Source: Octopus sinensis (taxonomy: Eukaryota). From it: a stretch of 64,000 bases of DNA. A program made the position numbers and the translations under genes. This document shows, piece after piece, positions 46,926 through 60,630 of the stretch; within the stretch, counting starts at the first letter, position 1; the number at the start of each line of letters is the position of its first letter. The notes under the pieces were generated by a model. The model had not been told where the DNA came from. It saw nothing but the letters and a program-made list of their open reading frames with translations, and searched no databases. The stretch covers positions 1 through 64,000 of the forward strand of contig NW_021833296.1 in assembly GCF_006345805.1 (NCBI RefSeq), given 5' to 3'.

Positions 46926-47202
46926 ATATATATATTTCAATTCACGATTACATCACTGTACATAAATCCCCTCACTAAACAAGGTTTTCGAAACTTGTCT
47001 TTGTACATATATATTCCCCTCCTATTACCGAAAGCTGAACAGTTATTTCCCTTACCCACAACAATAAAAATAATAACGATAACCAATTACCTCCCCTTTT
47101 TTATCTACTTGTTAAGTCATTCACTCGTGAATTTCATCACATCACACACAACATGGACAAAATTTCTTCTTAAGAAAAAATTCATATTCAAATAAGTAAA
47201 AC

Positions 47203-47237
47203 ATATCATGAATAGCGATAGCGAAACCGGTCGATAT
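47203..47237 (+). ncRNA. Degenerate minimal hammerhead-like motif
   Basis: ATATC ATGAATA GC gata GC GAAAC CGG TC GATAT: architecture intact, two core substitutions. Confidence 0.4.
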
Positions 47238-47292
47238 ATTAAAAATCATATTAAAACTATGTAAGTGTGGGTATTTTCCTTTTTTAATTTCT

Positions 47293-47465
47293 TATATATA
47301 GTGAGAATTTACAAAAAAAAAACAAAAAACAAAAGACGAAGACGGGTATGTAAACAACAAACATGTAATAGTCTAACGCTCGAGCAGTGAGAAGGACTTT
47401 TACGTTTCTAGCCTACGCTCTTCGACAGAAAGAAACACAGAAATAAAAAGGGAGAGGAAAGAGAG
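47293..47465 (-). mobile_element. P2 element, diverged
   Basis: Minus 47397-47431 TTT CTGTCGA A GAG cgtagg CTA GAAAC GTA AAA. Confidence 0.75.
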
Positions 47466-48180
47466 CCACAGGGAGAGCCAAGCGGGTTGGAATTTAGTAG
47501 ATTGTCACTCTTGAAAAACACAATTATCCTTGATTTCACCCCCTTTCAATTATCAATATTGAAGTTTCCATTCGTTGTAGTTAGTTATATTCAATTTTAT
47601 ACTGATAAACAGAAAGTGAATATTTCAGATTTATTGTGTTCGCTGATAAAAATGCTTTAATCGAAAATACAACATATTTTTCTGATATTGTGAGATTTCT
47701 ATAACTTTTATGATCGTATTAGTCGATTCCAAGCTAATTTATAGCGTGTTTTTCGGTTATTTAAGCCTCATCAAAATACTTCGCCAGTGGAACATCCCCG
47801 ACAAAAAAAAGTTTTAAAAAATTGTAAACGATTTCTGGAAGTCCCTGATCAATGCATCACTCAGTGAATAATTTTTCTTTTGAACGGTTGCCATAAAACT
47901 GATAGGTTTACTAACGTTAGCTTTTAATCTCGCCGCTGATGAAGGCACAACACAGCCTAATTAACTGCTGTTTTAATATTCCAAATATGGCCATCCCTAT
48001 GGATTGACAGGCAGACAGACAGAGACACACACACATACACACACACACACACGTACATACACACACACCACACACAAATACAGAAAATTATCTATCAATC
48101 TATCCATTAGGATTGTACGATCGTGTATGTATATATTTATATACCAACTTGCTTATACACATACAAGTATATACATATAA

Positions 48181-48380
48181 ATATAGGAAGAGTTTACGAG
48201 AAAACAAAAGACGAAGACAGGTGGTGTACAAAACAAACAGATGTATTAGTATAACGCTCAGGAATAGAAAAAGTCATTTACGTTTCGAGCCTACGCTCTT
48301 CTACAGAAAGGGACAAAGAAAAAAGGAGAGAAACAACGAGAGAAAAAATGTGTGTAGTGGCTACGATCTATCATGGCGAC
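48181..48380 (-). mobile_element. P2 element
   Basis: Near-identical to 41826-42008; TA-rich flanks. Confidence 0.85.
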
Positions 48381-48425
48381 ATATATATAAACACACATAT
48401 ATATATATATATATGTTCATATGTA

Positions 48426-48458
<33 letters not shown>

Positions 48459-48504
48459 ATATGTATATATATATATATATATACACATATATGCATATAT
48501 ATAC

Positions 48505-48640
<136 letters not shown>

Positions 48641-48897
48641 GAAAGTGAGGGCTCAACACCGCATGGTGGATATGATCTCCTATTTGTGGTTTCATGTTAA
48701 GAAAAGTAGGGAAATATCCTAGTGTCTTAACAACTTCTCAAGCCGATCACATAGAGAAAGGTGTTCGACTCCATTTTAGAAAACACAGCCTCCTAACATA
48801 CAAATATATGAACATATATTTGTATGTTATATATATGTATATGTGTGAGTATATAAATATATATATGTATATATACATATATATATGTATATAAAGT

Positions 48898-49064
48898 TAA
48901 TCCAAACATGAAAAACAAAAAAGACAACAACGCAAAAGGTGGAACAATTAAAGTATTATTAGGCGCTCAGGAAAAACGGGAAGAAGGAGGGTATGACGTT
49001 TCGAGCGGAGCTCTTCGTCGGAAACATAAGAGAAAGAAAGATCCCGAGGTGGGAGGACAGAGGG
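48898..49064 (-). mobile_element. P1 element with HHR variant
   Basis: Minus 48995-49025 GTTT CCGACGA A GAG ctccg CTC GAAAC GTC. Confidence 0.75.
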
Positions 49065-49069
49065 ATATA

Positions 49070-49146
49070 TGTATATGTCTATACATATATGTATATATAT
49101 ATATATATAAAAGTGTGTGTATATATATACATATATATATATAAAC

Positions 49147-49198
<52 letters not shown>

Positions 49199-49522
49199 AC
49201 ATACATATATATATATATTATATATATATACATACATATATATATATATATTATATATATATATATACACATACACACATATATATGTATATTGTCTTAT
49301 ATATATATATATATACACACACACACCATGAAATAGATATTGATAGATCATCATATAGATAGATCTGAAATCATTAGAGAATCGACAGAGCAGAGTGTAA
49401 AGCAGGAGAAAACGAGATTATATAAGACTGAATCAGAAAAAGAAAGACAGAGTGTCAGTGAGAGGGAAAGAGATGGAGAGAGAGAGAAAGAGAGAGGGAC
49501 CAAAAAGAGAAGGGGATAGGAA

Positions 49523-49570
<48 letters not shown>

Positions 49571-49791
49571 TAACTGCTAAGATCATGTGAGTCCTGTGAA
49601 CGCACGGCTTTTTCTAAATGTGAGTGGACGCGTGATCTGATACCGGTGTATACATATGTATATATATGTATATGTATATATGTGTGTGTGTGCGTGAATA
49701 TCTGCATATGCGTGCGTTTGAATTTTGCGCAGAATGTAAACATACGTATGTATGTATGTATGCATATATACACATAGATATGTACGCGAGT

Positions 49792-49836
<45 letters not shown>

Positions 49837-50044
49837 CGTGTGTGTGTATATATATATATGTATGTATGTATGTATGTATATGTATATGTATATGTGCGTG
49901 TGCGTATGTATGTATATCTATATATGTGTATACGTGAGTGTGTATATATATATATGTGTGTATATGTATATATATACAAAAAAAAATTATTCAAATATAT
50001 CTATATACACACATGTACATTTTTACATATGTATGTATATATAA

Positions 50045-50084
<40 letters not shown>

Positions 50085-50135
50085 ACACATACGCACACAC
50101 ATACACATATATATATATTCAACCTCTGAGCGAGG

Positions 50136-50232
<97 letters not shown>

Positions 50233-50233
50233 C

Positions 50234-50265
<32 letters not shown>

Positions 50266-50423
50266 GCATATTTAGTGAAAGGTTTAGTGAAGGTGCAGCA
50301 GAGCAAACGGCGATGCTCCATCATGGCCGTAGCCATTGCACTAAAACCAAGAAAAAAGAGATAATGTGCGTATGTGTGTGTATGGTGGGGTTGTAAATTT
50401 TTCTGTATGTACCAAAGTATGCG

Positions 50424-50469
<46 letters not shown>

Positions 50470-50655
50470 ATATTATATTATATATATATATATGCATCTG
50501 CTCCGTGGTGTGTATATTTATTTACACATGTAGTGTTGTTGCTATATACACACACACAATCATACGACTGTACACACTGGAATATATGCAGATGCACAAG
50601 TAATATTTCATTTCAAAAACATCTCATGCAATAGGCATGCCTAACACCCACGCTT

Positions 50656-50701
<46 letters not shown>

Positions 50702-50706
50702 GTATG

Positions 50707-50739
<33 letters not shown>

Positions 50740-50923
50740 CTATCTATCTATCTATTTATCTATCTATCTATATATATATTTATATATATATATAGATAGA
50801 TACATACATTCAAACATACATACATATATATATATAAACACACACATACACACATATAGACATATGTATATGTGTGTATGTGAATGCATGCATGTGTGTA
50901 TGTATTTATGCGTATACATATGC

Positions 50924-50955
<32 letters not shown>

Positions 50956-51264
50956 ATATAAACAAATGTACATGTATATATATATATGTGTGTGTATACA
51001 TAAATGTATACACACACATATATATACGCACACACACTCATATCTATATCTATACTTCTGTATAGATAGATTTATGCACATATATATATATACACACATA
51101 CACACACATGTATATATGTATGTATATACAAGTGGACGTTTGGACGTGTGTGTGTATATGCGCGCGCATGAATACTCATATATATATATTACTTGTATGT
51201 ATATCGTGTGTATGTGCATTCTGTATCAGGCACAAAACAATACGCATCGCGACACACACACACA

Positions 51265-51310
<46 letters not shown>
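49070..51310. repeat. Microsatellite-dominated block (TA, GA, TATG, CA)
   Basis: Directly visible. Confidence 0.9.
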
Positions 51311-51653
51311 GCGACGGCATCTCTTGCGTTCAATGAACGCATTTCGTAAGTACGATTGTGTGCGTATGTGGGTGAATCTTCTGGATAGCATATAGGTATG
51401 AGTTTGCGTATGTGTGTGTATGTGTACCTATGAGTGCGTGTACGTGTGTGTGCGTGTGTGTGTGTGGGGGGGGGGGGCTTGCAATTGAAAGGTGAGTTTT
51501 GGAGGATGCTGGTTCAGTTAAGCGCGTGCTCCGGTAGTCGACAGCTTCGTTGCTGGTGTGCGATGTAGTGATGACAGTGATGACAGTGGTGTCGTGGTTG
51601 GTGATGCACAAGAAACAGCTGTAGTGTGGGTGTGTCAGTATTGACAAGAGGGA

Positions 51654-51694
<41 letters not shown>

Positions 51695-51970
51695 AGAAAC
51701 TGAAAGTAAGAGACAGAGAGAAGCGATCAGCTGACAGAGGATGCACTTAAAAAGGTGTGGTGAGGCTGACTGTTGAGGATGGAGGTTTTTTTTTTTAAAG
51801 TATGGTGTCGGTGATGGTGTGAGGATTGTAGACAGTTTAATGTCGGTAATGGTGATAGTAGTTGTAGTGGTGATGAGACCGGTTGCAATTAAGGTGCCGG
51901 TGATGGGGGGGGGTGATGCTTTTTTACCCCGAGTCAGTCCTGAACGGGATGATATATAACCAAATTCATA

Positions 51971-52200
51971 AGGCGGCGAGCTGGCAGAAACGTTAGCACA
52001 CCGGGCGAAATGCTTAGCGGTATTGCGTCTGTCGTTGCGTTCTGAGTTCAAATTCCGCCGAGGTCGACTTTGCCTTTCATCCTTTCGGGGTCGATAAATT
52101 AAGTACCAGTTACGCACTGGGGTCGATGTAATCGACTTAATCCGTTTGTCTGTCCCTGTTTGTCCCATCTATGTTTAGCCCCTTGTGGGCAATAAAGAAA
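51971..52200 (+). mobile_element. SINE-B, reference-like copy
   Basis: Complete; GATATATAACCAAA duplicated at 51951-51964 and 52203-52216. Confidence 0.93.
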
Positions 52201-52326
52201 CAGATATATAACCAAAGCTATTCCGAACGTGGTCGTCTTTTGTTTTACCCTTATGTGATGTAAAGCCAGTATCGCAAAGAGCGTATCCCCTTCTGAAGTG
52301 GAGATTTGGGGGGGGGGGAGAATAGA

Positions 52327-52497
52327 GCGCAGGAGTGGCTGTGTGGTAAGTAGCTTGCTAACCAACCACATGGTTCCGGGTTCAGTCTCACTGCGTGGCA
52401 TCTTGGGCAAGTGTCTTCTGCTATAGCTCCGGGCCGACCAATGCCTTGTGAGTGGATTTGGTAGACGGAAACTGAAACAAAGCCTGTCGTATATATG

Positions 52498-52528
<31 letters not shown>

Positions 52529-52755
52529 AAATGTTTGTGTGTCTGTGTTTGTCTCCCTAGCATTGCTTGACAGCCGATGCTGGTGTGTTTACGTCCCCGT
52601 CACTTAGCGGTTCGGCAAAAGAGGCCGATAGAATAAGTACTGGGCTTACAAAGAATAAGTCCCGGGGTCGATTTGCTCGACTAAAAGGCGGTGATCCAGC
52701 ATGGCCGCAGTCAAATGACTGAAACAAGTAAAAGAGTAAAAGAGAGTAAAGAGAG
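52327..52755 (+). mobile_element. SINE-A, reference-like copy
   Basis: Complete head, CTTGGGCAAGTG motif, internal TA/GT tract, (GTAAAAGA)n tail. Confidence 0.93.
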
Positions 52756-53632
52756 AGTGCTAGTAGAGAGTAAGATTTGGCTGCTATTTCTAGCTGGCCG
52801 AACGACTATGTAAAGGTCTTCTCTTGTCTCGTGATTATAACGTAGATGGTGGATGTTGATGGGGGATAACGTTGGCGTTGCGGTTGCTAGGTAGCTACAG
52901 GTCAGTTCCGATCTGGCAGACTTATGATCAGAGGTACTCCATCCGAGACCATCCCAACTTTTAAATCATATATAGCTTATGTAGACCAACAGTATCCAAT
53001 ATCATGTATGTATATGTATGTGCGTGTGTGCATGTGTTCATATACTTATACACACACACATTTGCATATGCATACACACACATACAAACTCACACACAGA
53101 CACACAAACACACATATTAGTAGGTGTGGATTGATGGACATTTAGCTATTATATCTAGCAAAGTAGTATTATATCTAACCACGTAGTGGCTTACTCGTTG
53201 GTTCAAAATTTGGGTGTTATTCATGTTGTTTAGATGTAAGGCGAGCTACGATCGAGCATGCTTATGAACAAAGCAATCCGATTATGACCATCCAGTACGT
53301 ATTCCCTGCACAATGCACGCAGAACATAAGATCGAAAGTGTCCTTTCTTAAGAATGTAGGATGCAAAATATGAGACTCAACTGCTATTTCTAGCAGGTCA
53401 TGCTAGAAATACCTTTTGGCCCGTTCATCATCCGTTTCTTATGGAGTGACGTCGATAGGGTGCAATGCTGATAAGAATAATTCTCATGGCGATGAGGATG
53501 GTGATATCGGGGATAGTACTGCGGTCGTGTGTGTGTGTACACGTAGGTGTAATATGTATCCATATCTCTCTCTCCCCCTCTCTCTCTGTATACACACAGA
53601 CACACACACACAAACGCAGCCATACACACACA

Positions 53633-54920
53633 CAGTGAGGTGAATAAATTGTCGTCTAACTTAACGTAAAAATGAAAATAACACTGGTATCTCATTTTAA
53701 CAGATATATTTACCAAAATTACACAAAAATATCTTTAAATACGAAAGAGTAAATTTATTCAATAAAATCGCCATTGGCTTCAACCAGGGCCTCCACACGA
53801 CTCCGGAATCTCCTGCAACTCTTCTGGACGGTCTCTTTGTTTAAGTTGGTGAATGCTGCCATTATCCTTGCCTTCAGTTCATCTTTGGTGTTACAAAGAG
53901 TTTTGTTGGTCTCTCGCTCCCCACACATAATAATGAAGAGGGTTGCAGTCTGAGAAGTTAGATAGCCAGATGTTAGAGGTGCTATGGTCTCAGAAATTGT
54001 CTGACAGCAATGATTGGGTTCTCCTGCTTGTGTAGCATGGTGCAGAGTCCTCTTGCCAGACATAGGGTCTTCCAACAGCCACCCTCTTGACCCAGGCAGC
54101 ACTACCTCATCCAGGCACTTGATGTAGGTCTCCGTGTTGAGTCTGAGGCTGTGTGGAAAGATGAATGGAGGCATAACGTCGCCATCATTAGTGTTCACTC
54201 CAAACACCATGGTGTTGACTGGATGTTTGATTGTTATCACTTTCGGTACATGTTTTGGGAACAAGGCAAGCCAACGGTTGTTCTGTGTGTTCACCACCTG
54301 ATCCTGGCAGAAAATTTTCTCGTCTGAGAAAAACCAAAGCATGTGCAGTTGGAGGGGATGCTTAAGTTTGTTGAAAAGCTTTGTAGCGCGGTCTTTTCTC
54401 TTGTCCTTCATAGCTTGGGATAAGAATTGGCCCTTTCTCATCATGTATGAGGAATACCGAATGTCTTCATGCATTACCTGCCTCATAAAAAATTCAGACA
54501 CTCCCATTTCCCTGGAGATGGACCTGATTGACTTGGCGGGATCATTGTCAATCATGGCTTCGATCTCACTAACAAATTCAAGAGTCCTTTTCTTATCAGA
54601 CCGATCAGAGTGAGTTTTCCGAGCTGCAGTACCTTCGTAGTCACCATTAGACTCAGCCAACTCTTTCTGAATCTTCTGCACTGACCTCAGATAGACACCC
54701 AAATACTCTGAAATGTTCGTATTAGAGCTTCCGGTGCGAATGCCAAGAAGTACAGCAAGTTGTTTCCAAATTTCGGGCAGGGTGAATTGCGCCATGGTGC
54801 TGTTTTTCTCACATACGGTGCACAACTGACCCTACTATACTGTGTAGTCGACAAAACCAAAAACAATTTGCATACGCGAAATTAAAAATACAATATGGGG
54901 ACAATTTATCCATCGCAGCC
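53633..54920 (-). mobile_element. Tc1/mariner superfamily, maT (DD37D) element
   Basis: Degenerate TIRs (GAATAAATTGTC at left, GACAATTTATCC at right) around a transposase pseudogene. Confidence 0.8.
53755..54795 (-). pseudogene. DD37D transposase with two compensating frameshifts
   Basis: WFFSDEK; the shifted frame reads VWQEDSAPCY..W.SNFSDCNPLHYYVWG with 37 residues between the second D and the third position (H in place of D), and includes a stop. Confidence 0.85.
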
Positions 54921-54945
54921 TATATATATGTATGTGTGTGTATGT

Positions 54946-54978
<33 letters not shown>

Positions 54979-55069
54979 CATATGCAAATATGTATCATAT
55001 ATGTACATATATATTGAAGTATGAATGAGAATATATGTACACATATATGTATGTATATATATATATCAT

Positions 55070-55103
<34 letters not shown>

Positions 55104-55197
55104 ATTGTGTGTGTGTGTGCGTGCATGTATGTATGTATATTTCTCTCTTTCTGTCTGTCTGTCTGTCTCTCTCTGTCTCTCTGTCTCTCTCTCTCAC

Positions 55198-55287
<90 letters not shown>

Positions 55288-55639
55288 TTGGTTGTAGTTG
55301 CAAATAAAGCGATGTTATTGCTGTATTTGTTTGTTGTTAAATCGCAGAACAATTCCTATCTAGCAGACCTTTTAATGAAAGACGTCTCAAATGTGACCAT
55401 CCTGTCGATGTTTCAGCCATAGTATATCTGGGACAGCATTATTCAACCTGCTCTTCACTTTTTCTTTTCTATATTTTTCGTTTTCCTCTTTTTATTTTTC
55501 TCTTCGTTATTATATTATTTCTGTTTTTTTTTTTGTTAAAGATGAGACCGTACGTTAAAGAGTTAACTGCTATTTCTAGCCAGTCGAGTGACTACCTACA
55601 AAATTAGTGGTTCCCTCGTTGGCAAGGTGCCAATGATAT

Positions 55640-56212
55640 TGTTATTGTTATCGTTGATGGTGGTTACGGTTGGGGAAGACGTGAGATGGTGACGGTGGTA
55701 GGGAAGCAAAGCCGGTGCTACTCAATGTAGAACTGGTGGCGGTCTTGGTGGCGGTGGTGGAGGAGGTAGTGATGATGTAACGATGGTGGGGGTGTGGAGT
55801 TGACGGTGATGATGTAACAGAAGTGGCAGTGGCGGTGGGAAGTATGGTGATTGTGGTGGTGGTGGTGGCGGTGGTGGTAGTCGTGATGATGATGACGACG
55901 ATGATGATGACGATGATGATGTTGAAGATGGTGATGATAGGAATAGTCGTGGTGGTGGTGGTGGTGATGGAGACGGAGAAAGAGGAGGAAAAGGGAATTG
56001 GATGTTTACAGAATCGATCAGCGCTCATAACAGCCAGAGTGGCATCACGAGATGAGAATAAGCATTATCGCCAATGCCGACGTCGCCACTATCATTTCTG
56101 GCAGCAGCCATCGTCATCATCACCATCATCATCGTCCGTCGTCGTCGTCGTCATCGTCATCATCATCATCACCATCATCACCATCATCACCATCATCATC
56201 ATCACCATCACC

Positions 56213-56244
<32 letters not shown>

Positions 56245-56334
56245 CATCATCGTCATCATCATCATCATCATCATCAGCATCATCATCATCATCATCACCA
56301 TCATCATAATCATCATCATCATCAACCCCCCACC

Positions 56335-56379
<45 letters not shown>

Positions 56380-56400
56380 TTCATCATCATCATCATCATC

Positions 56401-56450
<50 letters not shown>

Positions 56451-56459
56451 AATCATCAC

Positions 56460-56495
<36 letters not shown>

Positions 56496-56692
56496 TATCA
56501 CCGTCGTCGCCGTCATCGTCGTCGTCGTCGTCGTCATTGTCATCGTCGTCATCGTCATCGTCACCGTAAACGTCGCCGTCGTCCTAGCTGTCATCATAGT
56601 CACCACCACCGTTATCGTCATCGCTACCACCATCGAATACAGCAACACCAACACCACCAACCACCTCCTCCTCCTCCTCCTCCTCCTCCTCC

Positions 56693-56731
<39 letters not shown>

Positions 56732-57680
56732 CCATCATCATCATCATCCTCATCATCATCACCATCATCATTATAATTATTGTGACCATACGCATTGTCG
56801 CAGCCCTTCGACATCGTCATAGTCACCACCAACAACTCCACCTCAGCTTCTACCACAACCACCGCCACCACCGCCACTGCCGTCATCTTCGCCATCAATG
56901 TCACTGTCATCTCGTCACCATTGTCATCGTCATCATCATCGTCATTACTGTCCCCGAAAACGTTGTCGCAGTCCTTCTTATCATAACCATCACCCCTCCC
57001 CCCATCCCTAATCCCACTACCACCACCACCACTGCTGCTGCCGGCGCCACCTCTTCCACCGGCACCACCACCACTACCATCACCACCACCCGTGATATGA
57101 CCACCGCCGTCGCCGCCGCTGTCGCATACCACCACCACAACCACTGCTGCCGGCGACACCTCTGCCACCGGCACAACCACCAGCATCACCACCACCCCTA
57201 GAATCACTACCACGCCTAGTATCACCACTACCGCCGCCTCCGCCGCTACTGCATACCACCACCACAACCACCACCTGCTGTCGCCACCTCTGCCACCGGC
57301 ACAACCACCACCATCACCACCACCACTATCATCACCACCACCACCACCGCCGCCGCTGCATATCACCACCACCACCCAATAACCACCATCACCACCGCCA
57401 CCGCCTCTGTCGCCGCTGCCGCTACCTATACCACCACCGCCAAAATCACAACCATTACTCGTTTAGATCATCATTATCATCACTCATTTTCATCATCACC
57501 ATTGTCATCACCGTTAATCGTCGACATCGCCTCGTCATCGTCGTCGTCGTTTCATCGTCGTCGCCCCATCGTCATCATTGTCGTCGCTGTCGTCTTCTTC
57601 GTCATCATTGTCGTCGCTGTCGTCTTCTTTGTCATCATTGCTGTCAACATAAATTGTATTCCTTGCTATCACCACCACCA
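55640..57680. repeat. Trinucleotide low-complexity block (ATC, ACC, GTC, CTC, GGT)
   Basis: Directly visible; source of the poly-H/I/S/M/V ORFs. Confidence 0.95.
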
Positions 57681-58431
57681 CCATTGCAGTGTCTGTACCA
57701 AACAATAATTTAAGCCAACCGAAACGGCTGCAAGGAAAACTTTTTCAAACTCTAAGATAACCTTTTATGAGATCGCTTAATTAGCTAAAAATAGCAACTA
57801 AATATCCTTCTGATCATACTCTGCCGTCTTAGAATAAGTGTTCATTGTATACTGCGAAGTTAAGTCCCTTGGACACACGGAACGAAAACAAAAAAACAAA
57901 AAAAAGTCAGGATGGCCACGACTGGAGTATCTTAAAACATAGATCAGGACTAGCGTTTGTAACGGGATGAGGTTAAACACAGCCACTAGCACCACCGACA
58001 TCAACTACAGCTGCAAAAGCAAAAACAAAAAGAAATAGCTACACCAAATTTCGTAGAGGTACTACTACTACTACTACTATACTACTACTACTACTACTAC
58101 TACTACATTAAATATTAACAGCGATAAAAACATAAATATACGAATGTAAGTATTATCAAGTGAAAAAACAAAACAGTAACGATAGCTTGATCGGTCAGTC
58201 GATCAATCAGTCGCTCAATCAATCAATAATCGATCGATCAATAATAGGAAACTCAATGACCTACACTACAGTAACTCAACCAAAATATTACAATAGTTGC
58301 AAAAATAAATTGATTCTGATTTCGGAACAAGGCCAGCAGTTTTGGTGGGAGATGTTAGGGGATACCATGGACCCCAAAATTTAACTGGTACCATATTTTG
58401 ATTGACAACGCTGGAATGACAAGCAAAATTA

Positions 58432-58605
58432 CCGTATTTTAACGTGTATAAGCCCCCCCCCCCTTTTTTTTAAATAAAAAATTCGGTTTAAAAATATGGG
58501 AGTTTCTTATACATGGATAGTATTATAATCTCTTATAAAACCCTTTTTTTTTTCAAATTTCAAGCCCCCCAAATTAGGAAGTTCCTTATACACGTTAAAA
58601 TACAG
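58432..58605. mobile_element. pogo/Tc2-like MITE, 174 bp, TA TSD
   Basis: TA|CCGTATTTTAACGTGTATAAG..CTTATACACGTTAAAATACAG|TA, one mismatch in the TIR. Confidence 0.85.
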
Positions 58606-59521
58606 TAATCCCTGTGAGAATCGAACTCAGAACAGCAATAGATACAAAACATAGCCAACAAACGAAGAAGTCTCTGAAAGGTAATTGGGCCCGCTAAAAA
58701 TAGCAGCCTAATCTTACTCAAGTCCTAGGTACCCTACGACAATCAGATCTGAGAGAAAAGGTTCCTCCTACAGCTTCTGGGGGATTTCTGAGACCCCTGA
58801 GACTGATGCCTTTAAGGTTCCACTTAAATTATTGCAAATCGATGACTAGATTAAGAAGTTTCAATGAGAGTCATATTTTGCGGAAATAACTCTGCACAGT
58901 GGATAGTCCGCAATCTGGAGTAAGATAACAAAGATAACAACGGAGGTGATACAAGTTGAAGAGGCAATACATTTGAGTCGAGAGTACGTGAGTAAATATG
59001 TTACGAAGTTATAAGACCAACAAGTAGTGAGGAGCAGAAAATTTCGTAGTAGCGGTACAAATGGCAGAGAGAGAGAGAGAGAGAGGGAGAGAGAAAGAGA
59101 GAGGGAGAGAGGGAGAGGGAGAGGGAGAGAGGGAGAGAGAGAGAAGACACTGCAGATTGTGGGATAAATGTTTGAAGTGTTCATTTGAATGCTTTCATGT
59201 CAAGGGGTCCTTTATAAGAGGAGAGAAATGCAGGGTAACATGTGGATCTCATATAGAGGGACAAGATCTAACGGAGCCTGTTTATGGGTCCGGCATATAC
59301 AGAACTGGTTGTTAATGTTTTTCTGGTTCAGAAGAAGAAAGCTGGTCTTTCAGATGTAATTTTTATTGGAAAACAGTGGAAGACAGATGGTTACGGTTGG
59401 GCGGCATTTTAGTATACGCCGGTTCTGTTAAAGCACTACGTGATTGATACATTAGGTCTATTAGAAACTGCAGCTAATCACCTCCTAAACTATGCCCTAC
59501 CATATTATAAAATGAAGAACA

Positions 59522-60630
59522 TACGAGAGGGTACCCAAAAGTAACTGGAAACGTCCTCTGTGGAACAAGCCCGTGGTAGTTCAAGCTTCCCCCGCTAGAA
59601 GTCGCTTGACACGACCTTCAGACATCAGTCTACTGACTAGCGTTATTCTGTGAGTTTATACTTATTTCTTTATTACCCACAAGGAGCTAAACACAGAGGG
59701 GACAAACAAGGACAGACATAGTTATTAAGTCGATTATATCGACCCCAGTGCGTAACTGGTAATTATTTAATCGACCCCGAAAGGATGAAAGGCTAAGTCG
59801 ACCGCGTCGGAATTTGAACTCACAACGTAACAACAGACGAAATGCGGCTACGCATTTCGCCCGGCGTGCTAACGTTTCTGCCAGCTCGCCGCCTTTAAGT
59901 GAGTTTATGCTGCTAAGTGATGCGCCTTTGTTTTGCAGTGTTTCTCCCTTGTTCGTCGATTTTTGCAATGGCTGAAACAAAGGAACGATGTGCTCCCGTG
60001 AAATTCTGTTTCCTACTGGGGAAAACGACGGCTGAAACAGTTGCTATCAAACAGCTTACAAAAATGCTGCAATAAGCAAAACAAAAGTTTACGAGTGATT
60101 TTCACGCTATAGGAATGGTCACTTCGCGCTTGAGGACCAACCTCGTTCAGAGTGACCATCGACCTCCCGAACGAATGAAAACATGAGAAGTCACGAACTG
60201 ATTCTTGGAGGATCGTCACCGAACAATTGACGAAATTGTTGATATGACTGGTGCGTCCTGGAACTCCTGCCAACGAATTTTGAACAAGGAATTGGGAATG
60301 CAGCAAAAAGAGTTGCAGCAAAATTTGTGCCTCGCTTGCTCACGGAAGATCAAAAGCTGTCACGAATGAAAGCGTGTCGTGAACTACTGGAAGTTGACGC
60401 AGACCCTTTTTCGAAGGTCATCACTGGTGATGAAAGCTGGTGCTACGGAATTTGCAGATGTGGAAGAGGAGAAAAAAAAAACCAAAACAAAAAAAAAAAC
60501 AAGGATGCGTTAAAAGGCATCAATTTGCAAGTGTCCCAGCACTGCTTTAAACAGTGGAAAAAGCGTCTGTATCGATGCATTGCTTCAAATGAAGAAAACT
60601 TTGTAGGCGATAAAAGTGTAAACATGTAAA
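59522..60630 (+). mobile_element. Internally deleted mariner, interrupted by SINE-B
   Basis: TACGAG..GTACCCAAAAGTAAC left TIR; VKFCFLLGKT, FVPRLLTEDQK, VITGDESWCYG then jump to QWKKRLYRCIAS; right TIR not clear. Confidence 0.8.
59663..59898 (-). mobile_element. SINE-B with TSD
   Basis: GTGAGTTTAT(A/G)CT at 59650 and 59899. Confidence 0.92.

Noticed and set aside
51962-51971. Identical AAATTCATAA 5' flank in SINE-B copies at 28955 and 51962
   Set aside because: It is part of the TSD in one copy and outside it in the other; AT-rich target preference or chance is sufficient.
52327-52400. tRNA-like sequences at SINE heads
   Set aside because: They have A/B-box-like motifs but no complete cloverleaf and continue into SINE bodies; not tRNA genes.
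56052-57375. Long ORFs of 157-375 aa (poly-His/Ile/Ser/Met/Val/Gly)
   Set aside because: Open in several frames on both strands because of trinucleotide repeats; no domain or splice evidence.
59061-59315. Cys-containing ORF after a (GA)n tract as an exon
   Set aside because: Starts in a microsatellite, no acceptor or recognisable domain.
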